DNA of 63,190 bases, the filler included, from Pelomyxa schiedti (lineage: Eukaryota; Protista; Evosea): the NCBI GenBank assembly GCA_020536535.1. It is 8 parts of 8 records of this genome, joined end to end, with 100 filler letters (N's around TTAATTAATTAA, not from the genome) between each part and the next. Parts side by side here need not be neighbours in the genome. Positions count along the whole stretch, not along the records: positions 17,198 to 45,058 come from JAHLWZ010000044.1; 7 more parts are not named here. One strand, given 5' to 3'. Positions 22,004 through 34,982 of the stretch are shown here, one piece after another. The translations under genes were made by a program, and so were the position numbers. The notes beneath the pieces were generated by a model that worked only from the letters and a program-made list of their open reading frames with translations, searched no databases and was not told where the DNA came from. How positions within the stretch are numbered: the stretch's first letter is position 1; every line of letters starts with the position of its first letter.

Positions 22004-25000
22004 TCAGCGTTTTTTCCTGGACATTGGGCGTGCATAAGCCTTTGGGTCGGGGTTGTACGGCAGCTTGATCTGCCACTCCTCCACGGCGGCGTCGCCCATT
22101 TTGCGTTTCACGCGCGCCGCGCCGATCTTGCGCAGGCGCTCTCGGCATTGCTATTTTTGGTGAGGTTGTTGTTGTTGTTGTTGTTGTTGTTTTCGTGGTT
22201 ATTGAGATTGCTATTAACTCAAAGAGAAGCTTCGATGTGTATGTATTTACGCTATTTATGATAAAACTAGGGAATTGGAAGGGGGGTATGTATTTTTATT
22301 ATTGCACATACGATGGGTGTTAGGAGTAGGTCTTGGGCTAGTTTATCAACATCTTCCTGGGGTAGCCTCCACTCGGTTGCATACAGTGCCAGAATGAACA
22401 CTGAGTGTAGTAATAGTGACACCTGTGCCGGTGTGCGGGAATATAGCTTCTCCTTGGTACCTGGTTGGCTGGGCCGCTGTGTGGCAAACCTATGTGTTGT
22501 GTTGGTACTTGGNNNNNNNNNNNNNNNNNNNNNNNNNNNNNNNNNNNNNNNNNNNNNNNNNNNNNNNNNNNNNNNNNNNNNNNNNNNNNNNNNNNNNNNN
22601 NNNNNNNNNNNNTACTTGGTACTGTATTTGAGGGTTGGAGTGGGAAAGTAAATTTTAACAAGATGTATCTTGCTTTTTCATTACAGTTGTTATTGGTACC
22701 TGGAAAGGAATGCAGAGTTTATAGAAGCCGGAACTAGAGTGCCTCTGTGTACGGACCGCTATGCTAAATTAAGGAAATCACTCAAAGAGTGAACAGTAGG
22801 GATAACGGTATAAAACAAAAACGGGAAGAAAAGGATACGCCCTTCTCACCGTCAATCATTTGGTGAGTACCATCGTGCCATCGAACCAAAAGGTTGATAT
22901 AAATGAGGAGTGCAATGGCGCGCATAATTTTCTCGTCAGTTTGTCTTGTAAGTGCCCACTCCACATGGTCAGGGAAGAAAAAGCTAGCTTTGCTGTGGAA
23001 CACAAGTTACTCCTGGGAATTAAGTAGGAAGGAAACACACGTAGCACTTATGATTTCTTTGGCTATGGCTACTTTCTTTTTAAGGATTCGTTTAGCCTCC
23101 AAGGTAGCGGCGGATTCAGCGGGGGACTTGGGCTTTGCCTTTGCCTTTGCTTTTGCCTTTGTTGCTCTGGGTTTTGGTTTGTTTGCTTCTGCCTCTACCC
23201 GAATCATCTGCTCAATGGCGCTCATCTCAACATCTGATGGCTTGCCCCCTTCTGGTTCTGGCTTGGCTGCTTCNNNNNNNNNNNNNNNNNNNNNNNNNNN
23301 NNNNNNNNNNNNNNNNNNNNNNNNNNNNNNNNNNNNNNNNNNNNNNNNNNNNNNNNNNNNNNNNNNNNNNNNNTTGCCTTTGTTGCTCTGGGTTTTGGTT
23401 TGTTTGCTTCTGCCTCTACCCGAATCATCTGCTCAATGGCGCTCATCTCAACATCTGATGGCTTGCCCCCTTCTGGTTCTGGCTTGGCTGCTTCGTCTTT
23501 GATTTCTTCTGCTTTGATTTCTCCTGCTTCTGTATTGGCTGGCTTCCCTTCACTTTCCTCCAATGTGGCTTCAGGTGCATTTAGCTTGTCCTGAAGCTCT
23601 TGGAAAAACTCCTTGGCGAAATCAAAGCAGAGAGTCCATTCATCCATGGGTATTACATCAAATAGTTTGAATAGCGAAGCAGGAGTTGTAGCATTGATGT
23701 CAAAGGGTGGCAAATCGGGGTGGGAGACTGCTTCAACTAAAACAGGTTCAGGAACTTTTCTCTCATCTTCGGCAATGTCGGCATTCGCCATCACGCTCCT
23801 ATTAAGTGTAAGGGTGTGTGCCTAGTGCCTCGTTAGTATGGAACAGAAAAATGAAAACGTTCTTACAATTTGAGCGGCCCTCCGAGAACCGAAGTTCTTA
23901 CTCAAGACTTCTCGTTTTTCATGGAAACTACGTTTTTCGTCCTTGACGTCACTTTCCTTGGAATCCCTAAGATTATGGTCCAGCCTCTGGATTGGGGGAA
24001 CAGCAACAACTCTCACCTGTAGAAATTCTTTTGGTAAGATGTTTGAAGGAAGTTGATTTTTACCTTATTTGTATACTTGTTGTACATTGCAATGGCATAA
24101 TTGCAGTGATATGACGTGGGAGCAGTTTCTGGATTTGGACGGTAGACACACTTAGCCGTGGTTGCCATGATAGGCATTTCCTTTTTTTCCAAATTAGCGG
24201 CTGACAGAAGAAAAGAACGGATACACTACACACATGGATCCCATCAGCGTCCCCCCTCTTGAACTGGAGCTCATCTTCATCGCCGACAAATACAGTTGGA
24301 TCAGGGGGAACAGAGAACTGCACCACAACAGGAGGGATTCCCACACTGCATACTTCCAGAGGCACTTCCTCCACGGACACAGGCTTCCGTTCCACCTGCT
24401 GTTCCTGTTCCTGTTCCTGCTCTTGCTCTTGCTCTTGCTCTTGCTCTTGCTCTTGCTCTTGCTCTTGCTCTTGCTCTTGCTCTTGCTCTTGCTCTTGCTC
24501 TTGCTCTTGCTCTTGCTCTTGCTCCTCTTGTTGTTCCTGTTGCTCCGGCTCTGGCTCTTCCGCTGCATATTCATGGGCGGGTTCCTCGGCTGGAATCGCC
24601 GTGCCCTGCTGTGGCACCCCTTCCTCCTCTTCATCTTGCTGGGCCCTCTCTTCGTTTTCCTCCACCGCCACCTCATTATCCTCCTGCTCAGCCGCGGCCA
24701 TAAACGACGACTCCCCCGCCTCACCCTCGGCTTGATCTCCCCCGGCTCCGCCCTCGGTTTCCGTTTCCGTTTCCTCCATCTCGGCCACTGCCACTGCAAC
24801 TGCAACTGTCGCCGGGGCCCCCTTGTGCGCCGCATTGCCCCCCTTCCCCGCCGAGCCTGGCGCCGGGGCCGTTGCCACTGGCACGGGGGCTCGTCCCCGC
24901 GTAGTGGCGGCCGTAGCCTTGGGTGCGGCGACCACCGGGGGGGCCGCTGCGGGCTTGGCCGCGGGGGCGGAGCCGCTGGCGCGGGGCTTTGGTTTCGGTG

Positions 25001-25154
25001 AAGCCGCGGTGGAGGTGGTTGTGGGTGGCGGTGCGGCGGGGGGCGGGGGTGCTTGGCGCTGTGCGCGCTGGAATTTGGCGAGTTTAGCAAGTACCTCCCT
25101 TTGTTGCTGGAGGAGGTACGCCTCCGTCTCGGCCTCGGGTGCGTTGTCGTCCAT
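22004..25154 (-). CDS. RPA49: RNA polymerase I subunit RPA49/PAF53 (A49-like) with long low-complexity N-terminus
   Basis: YHCNYAIAMYNK, REVLSKNFGSRRAAQIV, LPPFDINATTPASLFKLFDVIP, LLLHSVFILALY...KLAQDLLL, LRKIGA...IKLPY...SRKKR*. Spans two assembly gaps. Confidence 0.8.
24400..24525. repeat. (TCTTGC)n coding microsatellite (poly-EQ)
   Basis: Visible hexamer tandem inside the RPA49 exon. Confidence 0.95.
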
Positions 25155-25343
25155 CGCCGAATTATTAGCCGAAACGCAACTGCTCTACAGATCTTGTGAT
25201 TCCGGTGGGATCAATCAAGGCCCTCAAGTACCAAACACCTACCACTGGACATCAATCGGCGGCAGAGGCAACTACAATCTCCTTTAATCATCATAGTCCT
25301 TTTCCTAATAAGCAGCAACCGGAAAAACCAAAACAAAACCAGA

Positions 25344-27122
25344 ATGTCGGGAACCAGCAGGCATAAACGGACGTGGGTGGTCCACGAGCAGGCGCCCACC
25401 CACGACGACGTCCGCGTGCAGGGGGTGGTCCCCGGCCCCGCCTGCATCCTGGCCCACGCCCAGGCCCTCGCCCTCTGCTGCGGCGCCCTCCTCCCCCTAG
25501 CGCCTCTCGCTCCTCCCTCTGAGCCCTCCTCCTCCTCCTCCTCCTCCTGTGCTCGGTCGCCGCTGGGGCTGCGGCATCTGCGGTCGCCGGCGCTGCTGCG
25601 GGCGGTGGTGGAGGGGTACGTGCTGGGGACGGGGCCCACGGCGCTGGGCGGGGCCCCGCTGTGCCGGGTGGTGGCCGTGCAGGCGACGGCGGGGTACCGG
25701 GGGCTGTCCATGTACCAGGCGGGCACGGAGGGCCGCGTGGTGCTGTGCATGGTGGTGTCGCCCACGGGCAGCCTCACGCGGCCCCTGTTCAGGGTCCCCG
25801 CGCCAGTGCTGCACCGCGTCACTCGCCCCATTCCGGGATCACATCATCTTCAACAACAACAACAACAACAACAAGCACGAGAAGGAGAAGGCATGGATGC
25901 GATTGTGGGCCAGAATAATCAGAATCAGAATAATAACCAGAATGCATTGCCTCCTGCTGATGGTAGTAGCACCGGCACTCTTGGTTCTGCTTCTGATAGT
26001 CCTGGGGGTATAGACTGATTAATCCCTTTCTTCCTCCTTTAACAGTTGTTTGCAGATAGCAGCGACACTTTTCACTTTGGTATTTCTCGGCCTGTTCCGG
26101 ATACGTCAGCTTTCTTGCTTTCCGAACCTCGCACGGCACAGGGGGCGATTGTGGGGAGACTAGGGCAGTACACAGTTCTGTGTATGACGACAACTGCCGA
26201 GGATATCAGCCTCACAACGCAGCTGCTATCTAGTGAGGGTAATAACCACAGCAGAAAAGAGGAATGGAATTTCCGGGTGCATAAAGGGACACGTCTAATG
26301 GTAGAATGCAATTATCAATGGGTGGTGGTAGCAGAGTCATCCCTCCTGGATCCCACCCCCATACTGCACATATGGAAGGTCAAAAACTGCTTACCACAGG
26401 AACCCGACGTATATTTCCGGGTTCGTGACAAAGTATGTAGTGACTACAACGTCGCATTCCATTTCACCAGCATGTGCAGTTACACTCAGAACCCAATGAT
26501 ACAATCCGGGTGTGAATTGTCATTCATCACATTCTCCGGCCCAACGTTGGGTAACACCATGTCTCTGGCTTTATCTGTGATGGATGTATCCAAGACCTAC
26601 CGGCAGAAATCCGAAGTCATTGTGCAGCAGTACCCCAGCCTGGTTATACCAGAGACCATAACCAGCTACATCCCTACTGTGTGTTGCACTTCCGCCGGAA
26701 TCCCCCATGTGCCTATGCGGAAAAATTCGTTCCAAGATGGCTTGGGTGCGGCTTACTTTTTGTCCCTTGTATCAAACCGTGCCACGCAGCTGGCTGGGTG
26801 TGGCCTTGCTTGGCTTGTAAGTGATACAGAGCTCCTTCTCCGCAAAGATGATACCTGTCACGTTTACAGTGTGAATGACCAACAGAACCCCAGTACCACC
26901 TTCCTTGTGGAGGCACACAGCGCCCGTACCGTGGGCTACTACCGGGGGCTGTCACTTACTACTGTAAACGAACAGGGGTCTCAAACAACAGTGATTACAA
27001 TACGGGATACATGCAACAACAATGAAACACTGCTCACAGTTACACTGTCACACCCCTGCGATGTGTTCCTTGATTGTGTGTTCTGGCCCTTCATAGCCAA
27101 GGAACATATATTTCTCCAATAG
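25344..27122 (+). CDS. Lineage-expanded hypothetical protein (F-box-like N-terminal motif + beta-rich C-terminus), one intron
   Basis: AHAQALALCCG...SPALLRAVVEGYV. CNYQWVVV and MDVSKTYRQKSEVIV correspond to VNRKWVV and LDLAKTYTTKQLV in 55136-56320. Confidence 0.7.
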
Positions 27123-27300
27123 ATGAATTATTTTTTTATTTATTTAAAAGTTTGTCCTCAGTCATTGAAAAATTGCTGGAATTTTTGTCTGTAGGTCTGT
27201 TGTTGTTCCTCCTAGAAATCAGTAAGGCAAATTAAATGTAGTATACAATACAATAGATATTTAATGTTTACAAAAGTAAAGGAGCCTCACAGAGAGGGGA

Positions 27301-30300
27301 TTATCTGTTGGTGATCCCAGTGATTGAATCCGGTTTTGGTTTATCTGAAGAATTTCCTCCCGGGATAGGTTCAGAATGGAATCACTGATACCGGCTGATG
27401 TGAGAAGCTGTTGCCTTTGTGCTTCTGTCAGTCTGACAATGCCTAATAAATACTTACTAATCGGAATATATTTACGAAACTACCCAACCTTTCCTCTCCG
27501 TTTCTCTGTGCCTTTCGTAGCCTTCAATGCGTTCTGTATAGGTCTCAACTAATTTGTCACTAAGGCCAAGTGGTGCAACACCTAAAAGGTTTTTTCTTAG
27601 AAATGAGAAGTAGTTCGGATGAGATATTATAACCATTTGTTGGAACAGAATCAGCAGCAACGCCGGGCTCAAAGAGTAATACTTTTACATCGTTGAACCC
27701 AACGCCAAGAGATTGTTGTTTCTTTACAGGTTCTACTCCCGCTTCTCTGGGAGAAGGTAAATTTTACGTAGGGTTTATTTCATACTTTAGGCGTCTTCGG
27801 AGGTGCAATATCTCGTTTTGTGCTGATGTCAGTGCTACTTGTAGGTCTGCCGTTTGGTTTGGGTTTCCTGTGATGTGTTACTGAGGTTGTGATGATGGTA
27901 CGATAGGCACCTGTGGTCATTTTAGAACTTGATGATTTTTGTGCTTTAAGAATTTCCAAGTCCATCCTCTCGCGCTGCAGGAATTGAGAATCCACACAAG
28001 GAAAGGGAAGGAACCTTAGCTCTGGAGATTCTATACAAGGCTTCCCTGTGAATTTCTTCCAGCTGGTCCAGTTGGTCCAAAGTCAAGTTGCCTAGATTTC
28101 TTGGGGAAAGTAAGAGGCCAGACTTGGGCAATTACTTCACTTTACCTGCCAGTAAGGTGATTCAATTGTTCTCCAAAAGAAAGTATCTCTTCCCTGAAAG
28201 CATATTAATAGGTTCATTTTTTTTGTTTGCACGTTTTTCCGAACTTGAGTCCTAGGCATTGCTTCTGCAGGATAATCACTGTAGTATCTTTTGCGGAAGT
28301 CTCGTTGCTCCCTATTGACTGTAAGCAGGCGTAGATTAATTGAGTCGAACCTGGCCTAATAGAGGGTATAGAGCCAACAGATACATCCTTAGAAGTAGAC
28401 TCACCATGCTGAGCAGGATCTGTATTGGAAGGGACATTTTTGGGGCCTGGTGGGACAGGATTTGGAAGTTCGGCAGGTGGTACTGTCTTGGGCACAACAC
28501 TGCTTGGTTGGCCAAGAGGACGTTGCGGTGCACTCTCCAAAGGGGGGACAATTTGAGGTTGTTTAACTACAAGGCTTGAGGATTCAGGTAGGACCCCTTT
28601 CTCTTTGGGAAGTACTTCGGACACTGGGGGGAAAGAAATAAGAGGAACGATAATGCTACTATTAAAACCTTTTGTTTCTGGTAGCGTTATATTCAGCAGA
28701 TAAATTTCATCAAAGAGTTGTGGTGGAACTGAAAATCCCCCAAACAAAATCATGCAGTGTCCACTTCGTCCAATAGTCGCAGCAGCATGTTTGTGACGTG
28801 CTATGGGGTTCTCCCCCTCCGTAGAATTTTGATATCGTTCCCATACCAATTTATCTTAATAGGGAAGTTAGCACATTTTCAGAAAAAGATGGAATACTTA
28901 GGTTGAGTATAAATGGTCCATTGAAGCAGAATTTCCCATCTAAACCACCATAGACCACCATTACATTATCACAAGGGACAGCGGTATGGTAAGCAATGCC
29001 AGTAATTGAGGACGTAGGAGAAACATCGCTAGGGGGGTGGAGTACTTTATTACTTTTTGTTTCAGTGGTTGGTCTATCAGAGTTCATTGCGTGCGCTGAT
29101 GGCAGAGGAGGAATGTGCATTTGGCTCCATTTCGTCTTTTCTAGACTACTGAGTTTGCAAGGGAGAAATGGTACCGACTTACCGATATCTAGTGCGTGCA
29201 GATCAGAAAAGTATGTTCCACTGGAAGACCTTCCACCAAAAATATACAACAGATTATTGGACAACACAGCTGAGTGGTGTGCTCGTGGCTGTGGTGCCAT
29301 CCCTTCACATGTTTTACGCTCCCAAATACAAGTAGCTTTACTGTTGGGTTAATTATGACAGGAAAAATTCATGTTAAGACCTGTATGCAGTATCCAGACG
29401 TCATTAACAAAACCAGACTGCTGATAGCCACCGAACAGAAGAATCTTTCCGTCACCAATAGAGGTTGCTGTATGTGCATAACGAGGGCCAGGTGAATCAG
29501 AAGAACTGGATGAGTTTTCAATGCAAGTCCAGGATAGCTCTCCTGGAAAAAGGGTTGGAATTGGCATTATGCATACAAATGCTGCACACTTGTGTTGAAA
29601 CACCAACAGTCGCTAAGGCAATCTGTATTGTATCCGCCATACAAGTAGATGTTATCTCCAACTACTGTAGCACTGTGTGAATACCTTCATATTTTAGTGC
29701 ATTTTTATAAAAGAAAGCACTGAACTACCTGGGTGAAGGCTGTCTGGGGCTGTTCTTTGGCAAAGACGAAGGTTCTGATGGGGAAACACAAGTGACTTTT
29801 GTCCATGCCACTGTTTGAACCGTGATTTCCAGACAATGAACATCACTGTTGTATGTGTGACTTTAGGTTATTCCCATTAAGTTGCTTTTTTTCTTTGTAG
29901 TGCACACCACACCATGGGAGAACAACGTGGGTGTAAACGCCGCTTGGCGCACTTTCAAAAACATGTCCTCCAATTACATAAAGAGATTTCCCTAGAGCCA
30001 TTTGAGGAAATGCAAGCAAGTAAGGAAGAGGAAAAAAATACCTACAACACTCAAACTATGTCCCACCCTTCCACCAGGTCCCTCTGTATCTGCATTGTGA
30101 GCACACAACTCTACAGAAAAAAAGAGGAATCAGTAAGTACATCCACATCCAAGAGTGCTTTCTTCTTTTCCCCAAAGTCATAGTATTCACATACTGTGCC
30201 ACTTTATCGTGACGTCACCAGAACCTCCTCCTTTTGCCTTTTCGGCGTTTTGCGGCGGCCCCAAAACTCCACCTCCTCCCCCAGTCCCACTCCCATAACC

Positions 30301-30576
30301 GCAGTTTCTCGGTGCCGCAGGGGCCGCCGCGCTTGTGCGAGGCACTTTAGGTGGCCTGGGCTGTTGTGGTGTAGTCGCAGTTATGGGACCGCGCGGCGCA
30401 CCCAATGTGCCGGTGGTGGATGACGAGGGTCGTTGTTGTTGTTGTTGTGCCGGTGGTGGATGTTGCGGCCTATTAGGCCCAGTAACCATCGATCGCAGTT
30501 GATTGCTGTTGGTCTTTTTGGTGTTGGCAGCTGCAGACCCGCTAGTCGTTCGGAGAGGCCCTCCTTGCTGCCTCAT
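27301..30576 (-). CDS. Kelch-repeat protein with C-terminal coiled coil
   Basis: GPGGRVGHSL, PGPRYAHTATSIGDGKILLFGG, PQPRAHHSAVLSNNLLYIFGG, YHTAVPCDNVMVVYGG, ARHKHAAATIG..MILFGG. Confidence 0.88.
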
Positions 30577-30678
30577 CAAAAAAAGTTCGGCTTCCCTGTG
30601 CTGGGAATTTTTTGTTTTTGTTTTTTTTTCGTTTCGTTTCTTTGGCGAAAAGACAGGTGTGGGTGGGATTGTATTGGC

Positions 30679-31892
30679 TTAGAAGTAGGCGGGGTCAATC
30701 CACCTGTTGGCAGAGCAGGAGTAGGTGTGCAGGGACATGGCCTGGTTGTTGTGCTTGACCATAACCTTGAGCCCGGCGAATGAGGGGCCCTGGAGTACAG
30801 TGCACGCGGAGCATGACACCGCGTTGGTGACGCTGGGGAAGTTAGCTCCCGGGACCCAGCCGGACCCGTCCCAGCAGTATTCCTGGATGCGGCCGTTGTT
30901 GCACACGTACACGCGGATGTGGTTGCCTGAGTCCCAGCAGCAAGCGCTGACTGTCTGGCCTGTAGCCTGTGCGAGGGTGAAGTTTGAGCAAAGATGTATT
31001 GTATTGTATTGTAGTGTATCCTATCTTAGGATATTGGGAGGAATTATACTTGGAAGCCTCCTTGGTACCAAGCACCGCCGTCGTTGCACTTCTCCATAAC
31101 AGTATTCCCCACGACATAATACATGCGAACACTTGTGGGGTTCCTGGATATTACTGACACCGACATGCTTTCCGTGGGGGCCATGACAGCCGGGACAACT
31201 TGTGCAGGTCTGAGGTGATATTAGAGAACCTGGAGGAGAGTTTATTTTTCCCGACCTGGTCTGAGACGGAGCACCTGAGAAAAGGAATGCTCCAGAGCAC
31301 AAGGAGTCCCGTTGGGTATTACCGCAGCAAGTCCAGTGCTCTGAACAGTCACGTACACCATGCGTGCAGTGTCCCCCACCATTTGGACTGTGTGGTGACA
31401 CATTGGGATAGCAATCAGGGTAACTCCTTATAAAACTCCCAGAATGCTGGTTCATAATTATAAGAAGGAAAAGGAAAACGAGGAAATGGATGCACAAACT
31501 GCAGCCGAGGCGATCCTCCCACCTTAAGGTAACGTAAACATGTTTTAACAAAACATTATGGTATTTAGAATTAACACATTGGTAAGAAAAAAAAAACCGA
31601 TGGTTAAAAAGGGAAAAAAAAAAAGGAAGCACCGCCAAGGAAACACTGGTTGCACAGCGATCCTTGTTGCGTTGATCCGCAGCACGTCCAGTGATATGTA
31701 CAGTCCCTCACTCCATGCACACAATGAAGGCCACCGTCAGGAGATCTGTTGCAGAGATTCGGGAAGCAATCCGGTGCAGACTTGATCCACTGTCCAGTGT
31801 GCTGAAAAACACCACATAACGTCAATTTAAAGGTTATTATTAGATAATTAGCGGTGGCAGGGAACTACTGTCGTGTTGCCAACAAGCGACAT
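30679..31892 (-). CDS. Fucose-specific lectin (AAL/RSL-type repeats) fused to two N-terminal Cys/His (BTK-motif-like) domains
   Basis: HTGQW...HWTCCGSTQQGSLC and HSGSF...HWTCCGNTQRDSLC, spliced to [37 protein letters not shown]|[37 protein letters not shown]. Confidence 0.75.
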
Positions 31893-32095
31893 ACTCAAAC
31901 CGCTTTTTTGATGTTTCTTTGGAAATTGGTGGTTTTTTTGTTTTGCTTTGACAGGAAAATGATGTTCTCATAACAGAAATAGTGCCAATGATGGATGGAT
32001 CCACCAGGCTCCTCTCGTTCGACATTCTTTGTTTGTTATGGCGAAGTCACAAGAGATAGAGGTCAACAGGTGGTGGTGGGGGGATTGTGTTGTTT

Positions 32096-32697
32096 TTAGA
32101 AGTGTATTGGGTCGATCCACCTGTTGACAGAGCAGGAGAAGGTGTGCAGTGACATGGACTGATTGCTGTGCTTGACTATGACCTTGAGCCCGGTTAGCGA
32201 GGATCCCTGGACTACGGCGCATGCGGAGCACGATGCTGCGTCAGTGACGCTGGGGAAGTTGGCACCAGGGGACCATACATTCCCACCGTAATCGTCCCAG
32301 CAGTATTCCTGGATGCGGCCGTTGTTGCACACGTACACGCGGATGTGGTTGAGGGAGTCCCAGCAGCAAGCGCTGACGGCCTGGCCGGTAGCCTGTGTGT
32401 ACGAGTGTGAAGCGGTTGGGTTGGGTTGGGTTGGGTTGGGTTGGTTGGTTGGTTGGTTGGTTGGTTGGTTGGTTGGTTGGTTGGTTGGTTGGTTGGTTGG
32501 TTGGTTGGTTGGTTGGTTGGTTACTTAGTTAGTTGTGGGCATCGAGACAGTAGTATATAACTTGATGGAGGGAATTGTACTTGGAAGCCTCCTTGGAACC
32601 AATCAGAGCCGTCGTTACAATTCTCCCTGACGGTATTCCCCACAACATAATACATGCGAAGAGTTGTGGGGTTCAGGGATATTATTGACACCGACAT
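32096..32697 (-). CDS. Fucose-specific lectin (AAL/RSL-type), tandem paralog
   Basis: [26 protein letters not shown]|[43 protein letters not shown] shows the R..E..W..W fucose-site pattern. Confidence 0.8.
32415..32522. repeat. (TTGG)n/(TTGGG)n intronic microsatellite
   Basis: Visible tandem in the lectin intron. Confidence 0.95.
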
Positions 32698-33015
32698 GGT
32701 AGCTGCGTTGGGTTGTTGTTTCCTCGAATTTGTGAAAAAAAATTTTTTCCTCTTTCCAGGAAAATCGTCTTTCATGGAATGATGAGCACAACAGGAATGC
32801 CAGCTGAGGGAGGCACAACATGAGGTCCCTGAGTGTCTGGGGTCTGGGATCAGTGATATCCTTGCAGCAAATAATACTCAGTTTTCAACCCCAAAAGCTG
32901 TCACCAGAATCAGCAGTTGATTAGGTAGGTTCTTCATCAACAGCACACAGTTTAAAATAAAGACCACCGGAACTGCGACACAGGCCAGCGTATTGTTGTA
33001 TAAAAGAGGGTGAAA

Positions 33016-34517
33016 ATGATGTCGTCAGATCCGCAAGCTTTTGGTGTAGATCAACAGCAACAACAAGTACCTGTGGTAAGCGTAGATCCGATGTTATTGC
33101 AACAGCAACAACAAGCAGCGATGTTCGTGGCGCCGCAACAGATCCCGCAATCGTATCCACAACAAGTACCCGTAGATCCCGTTATCACCGCTGCGGCCGC
33201 TAAGCCCCAGGCCGTGGGCGACAGCGTCACCTTGTTGATCGGTGGCAACCTTTCTACGGACCAAGTTGTACAAAATGTGAAGACGTCCGGAATGTTCAAG
33301 TTCCATGCTTTGGGCGCTCTTGCTCTTTCCGTTTTGTGCTTCTTGCGTAAGTGACATGTATTTCCGCTATGTGTATCTTACTTAACTTTCCTTCAGTGTG
33401 GATGTTCATAGGAATTGGAGTCGGGTGGTTCCCCTGGTTTATCTACCCGATCGCACTTTCCTTGATGACATTGTCAGCTCATTTTTACATCTTTATCCGT
33501 CCTAAGTAAGTAATTCTCACCTGGCAATCTGCAAAAGAATAAAAGATTACCTCTACAATACTAATAAAACGCAGGGAGTGGCTCCAAATGCATTTTATAT
33601 GGTACGTTGTCCTTAATTGCACAATGTTCGTCTCGTGGGAAGCTTCTGAAGTTTATTCATGCTTCTTTGTATATTCACTGTTTATACTGACAGAAATTTT
33701 GGGAGTCCACATTATTCTCTCTGGGTAAGACTTTGTAATGATATCCACTTTTAATGTCTGTAAGCTTCCGTCGCCCAGACAACATGTGGCTGCTCTACTT
33801 GCACGTTCTGACATTCGCTAATTTGAACTTGATCATATTCTTTGCATACCTGGACACCCGTAATACAACAACACAGCCGTGGTTTGCTATACCGCTGTTT
33901 GTTTTGGCATGCTTGCTTGTAGTACATTATTGTAGTACGTTAATCCAGTTAGCAAATTCTTCATCTGATCCCCTGCAGTCCAAACTAAGAAGGGTTGGTT
34001 CACCTTACATGTGTACCTCTTCTCTGCTGGGCAGGTACTTTTTCTCTCAAAATATGTAGGTGCTGATTCTTAACAGCTTGCATTCTTTGCCTTGTGGGTT
34101 ACATTTGGAACCGATATATTCCCCTGGTTCATCGCACCTCTAGCCTTGTGGGGCCTTGCCCTTGGAGTTCACTACTACCTACAATTTATCAAACACATGA
34201 TAGGAGGCGCCCCCGCGCAGCCGGCAGGTAAATTCGAACTTCCGTTTACAGAGGCGTTAATGTAACAACCCGTAGGGGCGGAGCAACCGGCGTCCGTACC
34301 ACCCCCGGATAACACTGCGCCAACATACATGGTCAACACACAAGTACCCGGAGGCACACAGCCTGTGTATGTTGTATCCGGCGTTGATGTCAATGGGCAA
34401 CAAGCCGTGTACATGATGCCCAACGCTCAGCAGCAAACACTAGCACAAGCACCGCAAATTGCACCCATAACCCTTCAGCCCCAGCTGTACCCTAACATGG
34501 TCCCGCAGAACCCCTAA
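33016..34517 (+). CDS. Multi-pass membrane protein built of repeated 2TM-like hairpins with Q/P-rich termini
   Basis: Repeats of H...N...PWF..P...L..H: FKFHAL...PWFIYPIAL...AHFY; YLHVLTFANLN...PWFAIPLFVLACLLVVHY; PWFIAPLALWGLALGVHY. Confidence 0.7.
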
Positions 34518-34982
34518 GTCGATCACCTAACAACACAACAAACACACCATCAATCACACAAAGCACAAAAAAAGAAAAAAAAACCGAATTTTTCCGCTTT
34601 CTTTTCGCTTGATAGCGTTTCGGGAAAAAAACAAAAAAAGAAACAACAACAAACGAGTCAAGGGACAACACCTAGCACCGACACTCGGAAAAAAAAACAC
34701 CCAGAACCCATAAAACAAACGAACAACAACAAAGGAGGCGACGTTGATCTACCAATCAACCCCACCACCACAACGACGGCATCATTGTGGGACATTTAAC
34801 TACGGCGAAAACGCAAGGGCACACACGCTGTAACTTGATATCCATTGGTACCTAATATTTCGTCTCAGTGTAATTATGGGTGAATGGGGTAAAATAAGCG
34901 TATAGTTGCTGCATGAAGGAATTTTTTGCTACTAATAAGTCGGTTTTTATTTTAACAATGGTTGTAGTATCTCTCTAGGTAA

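Noticed and set aside
23153-23493. Duplicated KPSDVEMSAIEQMIRVEAEANK segment in RPA49
   Set aside because: ~120-bp overlap either side of a gap; most likely an assembly artefact.
24194-25090. Long overlapping poly-SK, poly-L and poly-SC ORFs (likewise at 41352-42475 and 43950-44610)
   Set aside because: Shadow frames of GC-rich, microsatellite-containing exons.
27301-30576. Kelch protein as a RAG2-like partner of the RAG1-like transposase
   Set aside because: Different scaffold, embedded among housekeeping genes, and no PHD finger or TIR context.
32415-32522. (TTGG)n/(TTGGG)n as telomeric repeat
   Set aside because: Short tract inside a lectin intron; ordinary microsatellite.
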